Assembly: GCA_049698775.1 (NCBI GenBank)
Contig: JBAVYM010000007.1
Location: forward strand, 17,657-81,656
Length of the DNA: 64,000 nucleotides
Source: Gammaproteobacteria bacterium
GTDB taxonomy: Bacteria; Pseudomonadota; Gammaproteobacteria; Natronospirales; REEB76
Direction of reading: 5' to 3'
Program-made: the position numbers and the translations under genes
Shown here: positions 35,085-44,836 of the stretch, piece by piece
How positions within the stretch are numbered: position 1 is the stretch's first letter
How the letters are laid out: each line of letters starts with the position of its first letter
Notes under the pieces: generated by a model
Told to the model about the DNA's origin: nothing
Database searches by the model: none
What the model saw: the letters and a program-made list of their open reading frames with translations, nothing else

Positions 35085-37682
35085 GTGAACTCGCCGTTCC
35101 CAAATCGGGCACGCCGACATCACGGCGCGTTGAGGACAGGTCTGGCTGCCGGATTGCTGGTGCTCATTGCCATCATCCTGTTGTTGATTGCACACTACAA
35201 CCCATATCCATCGGCCTCATCTGCCCGGCTCTCTTCGACTTTAACGCCGGCCTCCGCAGCATCCGCGCCTGCGAACCCGGCACCGGGGCCGCCTGAAACA
35301 GCCGCGCTTCCGCGGCGGACGGGAGTGGCGCAACATTTCTATCCGGCTGCGCTTGTAACTCCGGCATCGTCCGCATCTGCCACAGCCAAGCCCCGACCCA
35401 CGGCCAGCTCAAACACTCCGGCGGCATCGCCGCCAGCGGCAACGGCCGGGCCCGTCGAGCTGTTGCTGGACGTGCACATCAACCAGCAACCCTGGCACGA
35501 AACCGCTCTGTTCCTGGGCTTCGGCAGCACTCCGAACCGGGGCTTGTATGCAAAAGGCTCCGATCTGGAACGCTGGCGTCTGCGCCTGCCAGCAGGGCAA
35601 GCGTATGTGCATGGAGGAGAAAAATATTATTCTCTGGACGCAATTCCCGGTCTCATGAACCGGGTGGATCCGTCCACTCAAAGCCTGTGGATCACAGCGC
35701 CAGCGAGTGCCTTCACCGGCACCGTCGTGGATGGCCTGTTTCTGAGCAATCCCCAACCGCAGCACACGCCTTTCGGCGGCTTCCTGAACTACGATTTTCT
35801 CGGCACCCGGAATACCGGGCTCACTTCGGTAAACGGTTTGTTTGAAACCGGCGTCTTCAACGACTGGGGTGTGGGCACCAGCACGTTTCTGGGTCAGGAC
35901 ATCAGTCATCCCCATAGCCAGTGGACCCGGCTGGATACCACGTGGACGCATGACGATCCCGACACCATGACCACGCTGCAACTGGGTGACAGCATCACCG
36001 ACGGCGGCATGACCGGACTCGCGGTGCGCATGGGCGGTATCGAGTACGGCACCAATTTTTCCACCCAGCCCTATTTCGTTACCTTCCCGCTGCCTACGAT
36101 CGGTGGCCAGGCGGCGCTGCCCTCCACCGCCCAGTTGTACGTGAACGGCATCCTCAAGAGCACTCAGCAGATACCGCCCGGTCCGTTCACCGTACCGGCG
36201 GTACCAGTGGTCACGGGCGCGGGTCAAGCGACCGTGGTGGTGCAGGACATGCTCGGGCGCCAACAGGTGATCAGTGCGCCCTTCTATGCCACCTCCAACC
36301 TGTTGAAGCAAGGATTAAATGATTATTCCTTCTCGGTGGGCGAACTGCGCAACAACTACGGCCTGGAGAGCAACGACTACGGTCCATTCGCCGCCACCGG
36401 TGTGTTCCGCCACGGTTTTAGCGGCGATTTCACCGGCGAACTGCGCGGTGAGGCTTCGCCCGGTCTGCAGGACGCGAGTCTCGGCGGCACCTACGCCACG
36501 CCTGTACTCGGCGCCGTGAATGGCGCGGTGGCTGCCAGTCACAGCACGCTTGGCGATGGCGTCTTGGGCTTGGTGAGCTTTCAGAACCAATGGCAGATTT
36601 TCAGCGCCGGCGCCAATGTACAACTGGCGAGTCCCCGGTTCACCGAGCTTGGGTACGACGGTCTGCCGGTGCCTCACAAACAGATCACCGCTGACGTGGG
36701 CGCGTTCTTCGGCCGCAACGGCTCGGTCTCGCTCACTTATCTTGATCAGGACAGTCCGCTGTTTGGCCATGTGCGGCTGGTGACCGCAAGTTACAGTGTG
36801 TCCACACTGCAAAACGGTTTTTTCAGCATCAATGCTTACCACACGCTCAGCGGCGCCAGCAATAATGGCGTAGTAGTAATGTTCACCCTGCCCTTCGGCG
36901 AACGCAGCAATGTCAGCATGGGCGTGCAGCGGCAGAACAACGTTGACCAGGCCATTGCCCAAGTGCAGGAGAGTCTGCCCGCCGGCACCGGCAGCGGCTA
37001 CCGTGTAAGCGCCGAAGTGGGTCCGGATGCCGTGAATCAGGCGGAATACGACTACCAGAACAGCGTGGGCACCTACCGCGTCGGCGCGATGAATGCAGCC
37101 GGACAGACCATCTACCAGGGCGAAGCCAGCGGCGCGCTGGCGTTCCTCGGCGAGAGCGTGTTCTCCACGCGCCAGATCACCAGCTCCTTCGGTTTGGTGC
37201 AGGTGCCGGGCATCCCCAACGTCACCGTATATGCGGACAACCAGCCGGTGGCCGTCACCGACAGTAACGGCGACGCGCTGCTGCCGGTGCTGCGGCCCTA
37301 TGAGAACAACCCGATCAGCCTGGATGCGGAAAGCCTGCCGCTGAGCGCCCAAGTGAACACGCTCAACGCCAACGCCGTGCCCCGCTATCGTAGCGGCGTG
37401 GTGGTGAAATTCCCCATCACGTCCAGCCGCGGCGCTACGTTCACCGTCAAATTGCCAAACGGCCAATTGTTGCCTGCCGGGGCTGTGATGCATATCGTGG
37501 GCCAAACCCAAAGTTTCCCCGTAGGCTTGGACGGCGAGGCGTATGTTACCGGCCTTGAATCCCACAACGTGGTGGTAGCAAGCTGGGATAATCAAAGCTG
37601 CCGGCTCAGCATCGCCATGCCGATTACCAAGGACCCGCTGCCGGATCTGGGAACCTTCATTTGCAAACTGGTGTCGCCATGA
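35085..37682 (+). CDS. fimbrial outer-membrane usher (CsuD-like) with long P/A/S-rich N-terminal linker
   Basis: 865 aa. Usher-like beta-rich body begins near LLLDVHINQQP. GTG start at 35085 gives a basic N-region plus a hydrophobic segment. Confidence 0.8.
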   Translation: MNSPFPNRARRHHGALRTGLAAGLLVLIAIILLLIAHYNPYPSASSARLSSTLTPASAASAPANPAPGPPETAALPRRTGVAQHFYPAALVTPASSASATAKPRPTASSNTPAASPPAATAGPVELLLDVHINQQPWHETALFLGFGSTPNRGLYAKGSDLERWRLRLPAGQAYVHGGEKYYSLDAIPGLMNRVDPSTQSLWITAPASAFTGTVVDGLFLSNPQPQHTPFGGFLNYDFLGTRNTGLTSVNGLFETGVFNDWGVGTSTFLGQDISHPHSQWTRLDTTWTHDDPDTMTTLQLGDSITDGGMTGLAVRMGGIEYGTNFSTQPYFVTFPLPTIGGQAALPSTAQLYVNGILKSTQQIPPGPFTVPAVPVVTGAGQATVVVQDMLGRQQVISAPFYATSNLLKQGLNDYSFSVGELRNNYGLESNDYGPFAATGVFRHGFSGDFTGELRGEASPGLQDASLGGTYATPVLGAVNGAVAASHSTLGDGVLGLVSFQNQWQIFSAGANVQLASPRFTELGYDGLPVPHKQITADVGAFFGRNGSVSLTYLDQDSPLFGHVRLVTASYSVSTLQNGFFSINAYHTLSGASNNGVVVMFTLPFGERSNVSMGVQRQNNVDQAIAQVQESLPAGTGSGYRVSAEVGPDAVNQAEYDYQNSVGTYRVGAMNAAGQTIYQGEASGALAFLGESVFSTRQITSSFGLVQVPGIPNVTVYADNQPVAVTDSNGDALLPVLRPYENNPISLDAESLPLSAQVNTLNANAVPRYRSGVVVKFPITSSRGATFTVKLPNGQLLPAGAVMHIVGQTQSFPVGLDGEAYVTGLESHNVVVASWDNQSCRLSIAMPITKDPLPDLGTFICKLVSP

Positions 37683-38212
37683 ATAATGCACTTGTCCGAT
37701 TAAAAACTTTCCTACGGCTTCGTGCGCAACGACCGCGGTGGAAATTATTCTGGATCGCGGCCTTAGGCGGTGCCGGCTTATTGCTGGCATCCGGAACCAC
37801 CTATGCGGCTCCCAATTGCACCATCTCTTCTACGGCTGTGGCGTTCGGCTCTTATGACCCTTTGAATGCCGCTGCCACTGCCGGTACCGGTACCCTTGGA
37901 TTCGTGTGCTCAGGGGGCGTTGGTGCGGGTGTTACCTACTCGATTGCGCTTAGCACAGGCAGCAGCGGCTCCTATGCCACGCGCACCATGACAAACGGCG
38001 CGAACATACTGAACTACAACCTGTATAGCACAGCGACCTACACGTCAATATGGGGTAATGGCAATGTAGGTACTGTCGTAGTCTCGGCCTCTCTCACGAG
38101 AGCCCAGGCACGAGCCGGCGTGACAATTACCGTATATGGCACCATCCCCGCGCAACAGAATGTTGTTCCCGGCAGTTACAGCGATAGCATCACGGCGACA
38201 GTAACGTTCTGA
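37679..38212 (+). CDS. SCPU-domain pilin/tip subunit
   Basis: Signal peptide, CTISSTAVAFGSYDPL, and C-terminal YSDSITATVTF. The ATG overlaps the usher stop. Confidence 0.75.
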   Translation: MNNALVRLKTFLRLRAQRPRWKLFWIAALGGAGLLLASGTTYAAPNCTISSTAVAFGSYDPLNAAATAGTGTLGFVCSGGVGAGVTYSIALSTGSSGSYATRTMTNGANILNYNLYSTATYTSIWGNGNVGTVVVSASLTRAQARAGVTITVYGTIPAQQNVVPGSYSDSITATVTF

Positions 38213-38345
38213 CAATTGCTCTCACGGCGTGTTTGATCTGGTTCAATTTGCGAGTGAGCGTATTCCGTCCAATGCCGAGCCGGCGGCAGACGTTTCGCAG
38301 TTCGCGCACGTCAAAAGCCGTCGCGCTGTATGACAATGCTCCTGC
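38190..38345 (-). pseudogene. relic of a sigma54 enhancer-binding protein C-terminus (GNVREL-like motif fused to Fis-type HTH)
   Basis: Minus-strand translation [36 protein letters not shown]. Compare [14 protein letters not shown] and [16 protein letters not shown] in the ntrC of this window. No AAA+ domain precedes it. Confidence 0.45.
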
Positions 38346-38433
38346 AGGCAAGCCGTCAGGCTCTATACTGACAACGTGCATTCCTGCTTCCCCAACGCGG
38401 ATAACGGCGCAGGCGACAAACGAGGTGCAAGGT

Positions 38434-39078
38434 ATGCTCAAAATTGTAATCGCGGATGACCACGCGCTGTTCCGGGCGGGCGTGGTCAAGCTGCTGCAAG
38501 GTATGCCGGAGGTGCAGGTGGCGGCGGAAGCATCCAGCGGACGGCAAGCGGTGGAACTGGCCGCCGCGCTGCATCCCGACATCGTGATCATGGACCTCGC
38601 CATGGGTGACCTGAACGGCCTGGATGCCACCGCGCAGATTCACGCGCAGCACGCCGATATCCGGGTGATCATTCTGTCCATGTACGCGAACGAGGAATAC
38701 GTGCACGAAGCGCTGGGTGCGGGCGCTTCCGCCTACGTGCTGAAGGAAGCCACGCCCGACGAGCTCAAGCTCGCCATCGAAGCCGTAGCGCGCGGCGGCA
38801 CGTTCCTGAGCGCCACCGTATCGCGCCAAGTCATCGAGGAATATGCCGGCCAGGCCGCCGGAAAATCTGGGCACACGCCGCACCTGACTCCCAGGCAAAA
38901 GCAGATCCTGCATTTGATTTCGGAAGGCAAGAACGTCAAGGAAATCGCCTTTGAACTCAAAGTAAGCGTCAAAACCGTCGAGAGTCATCGCGCGGTATTG
39001 ATGCAACGTCTGGGCATCCCCAACGCCGCGGCGCTCATCCGTTACGCCGCGCGCCTGTCGCCGCTCTCGAACAAATAG
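38434..39078 (+). CDS. NarL/LuxR-family response regulator
   Basis: REC domain (MLKIVIADDH...DIVIMDLAMGDLNG) plus LuxR HTH (LTPRQKQILHLISEGKNVKEIAFELKVSVKTVESHR). Confidence 0.9.
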   Translation: MLKIVIADDHALFRAGVVKLLQGMPEVQVAAEASSGRQAVELAAALHPDIVIMDLAMGDLNGLDATAQIHAQHADIRVIILSMYANEEYVHEALGAGASAYVLKEATPDELKLAIEAVARGGTFLSATVSRQVIEEYAGQAAGKSGHTPHLTPRQKQILHLISEGKNVKEIAFELKVSVKTVESHRAVLMQRLGIPNAAALIRYAARLSPLSNK

Positions 39079-39105
39079 GCGCGCCGTCATGCGGCGCAAC
39101 CGGCT

Positions 39106-39477
39106 TCAATAGTTGATGGTGAGCATGAACGGGGTGGCGACGACGCCCGCCAAGCGGCGGTGTGCAACGGATTCTGCCCACGCGTACAGCGGTATCACCC
39201 GGGTGACGTTGTTACCAACGCCGTTGAGCGTGGCGATGGCGGTCTGTGGATCAGTGCTGGAACTGAGACTGACGGAATAGCCGGTGTTTCTGGAGCAGTT
39301 CACAGCGAGAGACCCCCTGACCAGCGCCAGTTCCGGCGTGGCGATGCGGCATGCGTTGAGCACGCGCACGGAGACCACAAACTGTCCGCTCAAGTGGTTC
39401 GCCACAGCAGCAGACGAGGTCAAGACGAGCCCCGCTCCCAAGACCGCAACTGACAGGAAATGTACTGAGCGCGACAT
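39106..39477 (-). CDS. small secreted protein, possibly SCPU-like
   Basis: Signal peptide, two Cys in a pilin-like pattern (VLNACRIATPEL...LAVNCSRNTGYSVSL) and a C-terminal beta-strand FMLTINY. Weak similarity only. Confidence 0.4.
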   Translation of the reverse strand: MSRSVHFLSVAVLGAGLVLTSSAAVANHLSGQFVVSVRVLNACRIATPELALVRGSLAVNCSRNTGYSVSLSSSTDPQTAIATLNGVGNNVTRVIPLYAWAESVAHRRLAGVVATPFMLTINY

Positions 39478-39665
39478 GCTGCACTTATAGCAGGCGGTTC
39501 CGGCCCGCACCGTGAGGCAATCCCCGGAACAGGCTAGGAGTTATTCCGGGAGCGCTTTGGGGGATCCGGCTCATCCCGGTGCGGAATTGTCACGCACCGA
39601 TGCCCGGCGCGCGGGATGCTAACCTAGCGGCTGCGTTTGAGGCGGAATGGCTGGAAAACACCAAG

Positions 39666-42600
39666 ATGCAACTGATCTGGCCTGCAAGTCTGCGCGCCCG
39701 GCTGGCGGTGCTGGTGGTGATCTGCACGCTGCCGGCCGTGGCAGTGATGAGCTATACGGCGGTCGAGCGCTATGACACCGCACGCAGCTATGCCTACGGC
39801 ATCAGCAATCTGGCCGCTAATGGCGTGCTGAGCCGTTATCAGGATCTGCTATCGCGCAGCCGCGACGTGCTGTCGGTGATGGCGGGGCTGCCTGCCGTGA
39901 ACGCACCGGCGCCAGCGTGCGACCGGGCGCTGGCGGCGCTGCGCGCCCGAATGCCGCTGTACGCCAATCTGGCCGTAGTGTCGCTGGACGGCGAATTCCG
40001 TTGCAGCGCCGTGCCGTTTACCGGCACCTTCAACGCCAGCCATCGCGGCTGGTTCCAGCGCGTGCTGGCTACGCAGCGTTTCGCCAGCGGAGTGATTTCC
40101 CGCGGCTTTATCAGTCATCGCAGTCTGCTAGTGTTTTCCGCACCGCATTTCGATGCCCAAAGCCGGCTCATCGGCACGCTGAACGCGGTGATCTCGCCCG
40201 AGGTGCTGGAACCCCCGACCAATCAAACTCTCCTGACGCGCTACGGCGAAATCGCGCTGTTCAGCCGTGACGGCACGCTGCTGATGCGCTATCCGGACAA
40301 AGGGGAGTTCGTCGGCAGCGACCAGTCGCATAGTCCGCTGTTCCAGGCGCTGCTGGCTGCGTCCAACGCCCAGCGCCACTCACTGCCCGGAATTGACGGC
40401 CAGCGGCGAATTTATTCGCTGCGCCGCGTCAATACCGATGTGCCGCAGGACGCGCTGTACATCGCGAGCGGCATAGGCCGAGCCGTGTTGCAGAAAACCG
40501 CGTTTCTGCCGCTCGCGCGGGATCTGGTCATTGTCGCGCTGATTGCGGTATTCATCGTCCTGTGCGCCTGGTGGTTCATCGGCGCATTCGTGACCGGCGG
40601 CCTGCGGCCGGTATTGCGAGCCCTGCAGTACATCGGCACGGGCGATTTGAGCGCGCGCACCGGCTTCGGCGACCGACGCGGCGAGCTGGGCGTCATCGCC
40701 CGCGGCGTGGATGGCATGGCGGAGAACCTGCAGGCGCGCGTTGCGGACCAGCAGCTCGCCGAACAACGCTATGCGGAGCTGATCGAACAGGCGGTGGAAG
40801 GCGTTACCGTGCGGCGCGCGACCGGCGAATACGTGCTGGTCAACAAAGCCTTCTGCAACATGCTGGGGTACAGTCGCGAACAACTGCTGCACATGCGCAT
40901 TACCGATGTGATTGAATCCTCGGAACAGCGCGGCCACCGGCTCAAGCCGGGCGAATCGGCGCGCTTCGAATCATGGATGTACCACAAGGACGGCCATCGG
41001 GTGTTCGTGGAAGCGAGTTCCTTGCGGCTGGCCAACGGTGACATCCAGTCCGTGCAGCGCGACATTGGCGAGCGGATCGAGACGCGGCGCAAGCTCGAGG
41101 ACAGCGAGCGCCATTACCGCGAACTGGTGGAACAAGCCATCGTGGGTATTCTGACGCGCCGGCCGACGGGAGAAATCCTGTTCGTGAACGAAGCGCTCTG
41201 CCGCATGACCGGTTACAACCGCGCGGAGCTGGTTGGTATGCACATCAGCCGGCTGGTGAACGCCTCGGACGCCGAAGCCATCCGTCGCGTCGGGCAGGTG
41301 ACGGAAGGCGAAACCGTGAGCTTCCAGTCCCGCCTGCGGCACAAGGACGGCAGCATTATTCACGAGGAGCTGAGCGCGCGGCGTCTCGAAAACGGCAACA
41401 TCCAGGTCATCATCAATGACATCACCGCGCGCGTGACGGCCGAGCAGCGGCTCACGGACGAGCGCGATTTCGTGTTCCACGTGCTCGACGCCCTGCCCGG
41501 GGGTTTTTACGTGTTCAACTCCCAGGGACAATTCCTGCGCTGGAACCAGCAACTGGAGGAAATCACGGGTTACGGCATGGAAGAAATGAAACGCATCACG
41601 TCCGCCGATATCGTGCCGCCGGACCGGCGCGCCACTCACGCGCGGCTGGTTGGGGAAATTCTGAGCGGCGCGGACATGCAAGGTGAAACGGAACTCTACT
41701 GCAAGGACGGCGCGCGTATTCCGTATTACTACGTGGCGCGCCACTTTCACTGGCGGGGCCAGGATTGCGTGGTTGGCATAGGCGTGGACATCAGTGCCCG
41801 TAAACAGGCAGAGGCGCATCTTCAAGAGCAACAGCAGTTGCTCAGCGAGACGATCAACAGCCTGCCGGGCCTGTTTTCCCTGTCCACCAACCAGGGCCAT
41901 TTCCTGATGTGGAATCGCCATCTCGAACAGCTTTCCGGTTACTCCGCGGAGGAACTTGGCAACCTGAAGCCGCTCGCTCTTATCGCACCGGAGCAACGAG
42001 CACTGCTCGCCAAACACATCGCCGAGGTATTCAGCCGCGGCGAGTCCAGCGTCGAGGCGGACTTTGTGTGCCGCGACGGCCGCCGCATTCCGCATTATTT
42101 CATTGGCCGGCGCCTGACGTGGCGCGGCCAGCCCTGTGTGGCGGGCGTGGCTCTGGATATCAGTACACGCCGTGAAGCCGAGCAGCGCGCACAAATCTAT
42201 CTGGAGGAACTGCAACAACTTTCCAAGCGCCTGCTGGATATCCAGGAGGACGAGCGCAGGCAGATCGCGCGCGAACTGCACGACGAATTGGGCCAGGGGC
42301 TGAGCGCCGCTTTGCTGAACCTGGAAGACTTGGCGAGCCAGGTCAGTTCAGCTGGCTTGGCCGCGCAAATTGACCGGACCTCCGCCATCCTCGTCGAGCT
42401 CACGCAGCAGGTACGGACGCTGTCGCTGAATATGCGCCCATCGGTGCTGGACGATCTGGGGCTGGCGGCGGCGGTGCGCTGGTATCTGCGCGAGCGGGTG
42501 GAGACCACGGGCCTGAAAGTGGTACTGGACATTGATAAATCCCTGCCGCGGTTGGCGCCGTTGATTGAAACCACTTGTTTCCGGGTTTTGCAAAGCGCGC

Positions 42601-42857
42601 TTACCAATGTGTTGCGGCACGCACAGGCGCAGCGGGTCGAGGTCGGCTTGCAGCAAGCAGGCGCCGAGTTGGTGTTCACCCTCCACGACGACGGCCGTGG
42701 TTTCGACGTAAAGGCGGCGCGCCGCAATGCACTCGCCGGCAAAAGTTTCGGCCTGCTCGGCATGGAAGAGCGGGTGCGCTTGGCCGGCGGCCGGCTTGAA
42801 ATCAGCTCGAACCGGCAGGACGGCACGCGCCTGCGCATAACGTTGCCTCTGGCTTGA
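39666..42857 (+). CDS. multi-PAS sensor histidine kinase (HisKA_3/NarX type)
   Basis: Two TM segments flanking a periplasmic domain of about 270 aa, then HAMP. Four to five PAS repeats follow (recurrent xNxAxxxxxGYxxxEL segments). The C-terminal half has an H-box (IARELHDELGQ) and an HATPase domain. Confidence 0.9.
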   Translation: MQLIWPASLRARLAVLVVICTLPAVAVMSYTAVERYDTARSYAYGISNLAANGVLSRYQDLLSRSRDVLSVMAGLPAVNAPAPACDRALAALRARMPLYANLAVVSLDGEFRCSAVPFTGTFNASHRGWFQRVLATQRFASGVISRGFISHRSLLVFSAPHFDAQSRLIGTLNAVISPEVLEPPTNQTLLTRYGEIALFSRDGTLLMRYPDKGEFVGSDQSHSPLFQALLAASNAQRHSLPGIDGQRRIYSLRRVNTDVPQDALYIASGIGRAVLQKTAFLPLARDLVIVALIAVFIVLCAWWFIGAFVTGGLRPVLRALQYIGTGDLSARTGFGDRRGELGVIARGVDGMAENLQARVADQQLAEQRYAELIEQAVEGVTVRRATGEYVLVNKAFCNMLGYSREQLLHMRITDVIESSEQRGHRLKPGESARFESWMYHKDGHRVFVEASSLRLANGDIQSVQRDIGERIETRRKLEDSERHYRELVEQAIVGILTRRPTGEILFVNEALCRMTGYNRAELVGMHISRLVNASDAEAIRRVGQVTEGETVSFQSRLRHKDGSIIHEELSARRLENGNIQVIINDITARVTAEQRLTDERDFVFHVLDALPGGFYVFNSQGQFLRWNQQLEEITGYGMEEMKRITSADIVPPDRRATHARLVGEILSGADMQGETELYCKDGARIPYYYVARHFHWRGQDCVVGIGVDISARKQAEAHLQEQQQLLSETINSLPGLFSLSTNQGHFLMWNRHLEQLSGYSAEELGNLKPLALIAPEQRALLAKHIAEVFSRGESSVEADFVCRDGRRIPHYFIGRRLTWRGQPCVAGVALDISTRREAEQRAQIYLEELQQLSKRLLDIQEDERRQIARELHDELGQGLSAALLNLEDLASQVSSAGLAAQIDRTSAILVELTQQVRTLSLNMRPSVLDDLGLAAAVRWYLRERVETTGLKVVLDIDKSLPRLAPLIETTCFRVLQSALTNVLRHAQAQRVEVGLQQAGAELVFTLHDDGRGFDVKAARRNALAGKSFGLLGMEERVRLAGGRLEISSNRQDGTRLRITLPLA

Positions 42858-43057
42858 AAGCTTCCCGGGACACTCGCAGGCGGGCAAAAAATCTTCCCGC
42901 CTGGCCCTCATGGGTGTCGCGGTCTGTCAGGCTTTTTCACGGGAAAAATCAGGAATTTTCTGATAACACCCAGCCGCGTATAGGTTGATGCTTGGCCCAA
43001 GCGTAGCGGAACCTGGCCGCAGTACCGGCGAAGATGGCAAGAGCAGGGGGTATCGCA

Positions 43058-43417
43058 ATGCGCGTGCTGCTGGTGGATGACAATGACTTGTTCCTGGATA
43101 CGCTGGCCGGGCAGTTGGCGCGGAACAGCGATATTGCGATGGTGGGCCGCGCGCGCAAGAGCCGCGACGGTTTGCGGCTGGCGGAGGAACTCAAACCGGA
43201 TGTGGTGATTGTGGATTTGTGCATGCCGGACATGGATGGCCTGGAGCTGACGCAGCGGCTGAAAAGCCAGGCGCAGCCGCCGCGGGTGGTGATTCTTTCC
43301 CTGTACACCGAGTCCGAATACCGGGAGCGCGCGCGGCAAGTCGGCGCGGACGCCTATCTCGCAAAAAGTGCCGTACACGCCGATCTGGTCCCGCTGCTGT
43401 GCGCGCTGTGCAAATGA
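43058..43417 (+). CDS. single-domain response regulator (REC only)
   Basis: MRVLLVDDN...DVVIVDLCMPDMDG...AYLAKS, 119 aa, no output domain. Confidence 0.85.
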   Translation: MRVLLVDDNDLFLDTLAGQLARNSDIAMVGRARKSRDGLRLAEELKPDVVIVDLCMPDMDGLELTQRLKSQAQPPRVVILSLYTESEYRERARQVGADAYLAKSAVHADLVPLLCALCK

Positions 43418-43444
43418 CCGGACGGCCACCAACGGTTTGGCGGA

Positions 43445-44836
43445 TTATTTGTCGCTGAGCTTGCGTGTGAGTGTGTTGCGTCCGATGCCGAGCAATTTCG
43501 CGGCCTGCTGACGGCCGCCGCTGGTTTGTTCAAGCGCGGCCGTAATCAGAATTTTTTCCAGCGCCGCGGATGCGGCGGGAAAAATGCCGTTTTCGCCCCC
43601 CGCCAGTTGTTGTAGTGCCCAGGTCTGCAGTGCCATCTGCCAATCGTCATTGTCAGCATTCACGGCCTTGTGCTCTTGCAGCAATTCCACGAGATCGCCG
43701 CGATGCACGATGCGCCCGGACGCCATGAGCGTCAGCCGGCGGCAGGTGTTGCCGAGTTCACGCACGTTGCCTGGCCAATCCAGATCGTGCAGCGTCTGCA
43801 TGGCGTCGGCCGTGAGGCGCTTCGGCTCCAGTTGCAATTCGCGCGCCGCCAACTGCATGAAATACGCCAGCAGCAGAGGAATGTCTGCGCGCCGCTCGCG
43901 CAGCGCCGGCAGGCGGATTTGCACTACGTTCAGGCGGTGAAACAGATCCTCGCGGAAGCGCCCGTCCCGCACCTGCTTTTCGAGATCCTGATGGGTGGCG
44001 GCGAGAATGCGCACGTCCACCTGCACCGGCTCATGGCCGCCGACACGGTAAAACTCGCCTTCCGCCAGCACCCGCAACAGGCGCGTCTGCAAAGCGGCCG
44101 GCATATCGCCGATTTCATCGAGAAACAGCGTGCCGCCGTGTGCCTGTTCAAACCGACCCACACGCCGCGTGTTGGCGCCGGTGAACGCGCCGCGCTCGTG
44201 GCCGAAAAATTCAGATTCCAATAACTCCGCGGGAATGGCGGCGGTATTGAGAGCGATAAATGGACGCTGACTGCGCGGACTGTGGCGGTGCAACGCGCGC
44301 GCCACCAGTTCCTTGCCGGTGCCGGATTCGCCAGTGATGAGCACCGTAAAATTGGTGCCCGCCAGCCGGCCGATGCTGCGGAATACCGTCTGCATGGCCG
44401 GCGACTCGCCAATGAGTGTTTCCGCATCCGCGATTATGCTTGCGGTCACGGTATTCGGTGTCGGTGAGGATTGCAGCGCGCGTGCAATCACTTCGACCAA
44501 TTCATCCACATCGAAAGGTTTTGGCAGATATTCGAACGCGCCGCCCTGGTAGGCCGACACGGCGCTTTGCAGATCGTTCTGGGCGGTGACCACTACCACG
44601 GGTAATCCCGGATGGGAGCGGTGCAGCTCGCGCAGCAATTCGAGGCCATCTTCGCCGGGCAAGCGGATGTCGGTAATCAGAACATTCGGCGCGGCTCCCT
44701 TGAGCGCGCTGAGCACATCCGCCACGCGGCTGAAATCCCGCAGCGTATGGCCGGCCTGTTCCAGCGCTTCACGCATCACCCAGCGCAGCGCGGGATCGTC
44801 GTCCACCACCCAGACCTTATGCGGTGTCGCGTTCAT
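43445..44836 (-). CDS. ntrC: nitrogen regulation protein NR(I), sigma54-dependent response regulator
   Basis: REC domain, AAA+ domain ([22 protein letters not shown]) and Fis HTH ([13 protein letters not shown]). Start at ATG 44836. Confidence 0.95.
   Translation of the reverse strand: MNATPHKVWVVDDDPALRWVMREALEQAGHTLRDFSRVADVLSALKGAAPNVLITDIRLPGEDGLELLRELHRSHPGLPVVVVTAQNDLQSAVSAYQGGAFEYLPKPFDVDELVEVIARALQSSPTPNTVTASIIADAETLIGESPAMQTVFRSIGRLAGTNFTVLITGESGTGKELVARALHRHSPRSQRPFIALNTAAIPAELLESEFFGHERGAFTGANTRRVGRFEQAHGGTLFLDEIGDMPAALQTRLLRVLAEGEFYRVGGHEPVQVDVRILAATHQDLEKQVRDGRFREDLFHRLNVVQIRLPALRERRADIPLLLAYFMQLAARELQLEPKRLTADAMQTLHDLDWPGNVRELGNTCRRLTLMASGRIVHRGDLVELLQEHKAVNADNDDWQMALQTWALQQLAGGENGIFPAASAALEKILITAALEQTSGGRQQAAKLLGIGRNTLTRKLSDK

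Noticed and set aside
36315-37790. 491-aa ORF antisense to the usher gene
   Set aside because: Its R/A/G/H-rich composition is typical of shadow frames in high-GC DNA. The opposite strand encodes a full-length usher.
40971-42281. 436-aa ORF antisense to the sensor kinase
   Set aside because: Same shadow-ORF composition. It lies entirely within a kinase gene that has clear PAS and H-box motifs.
42877-42903. Hairpin CAGGCGGG-N11-CCCGCCTG after the kinase gene, considered as an intrinsic terminator
   Set aside because: No U-run follows the stem. It may be a weak or Rho-assisted stop, but I cannot support a terminator call.
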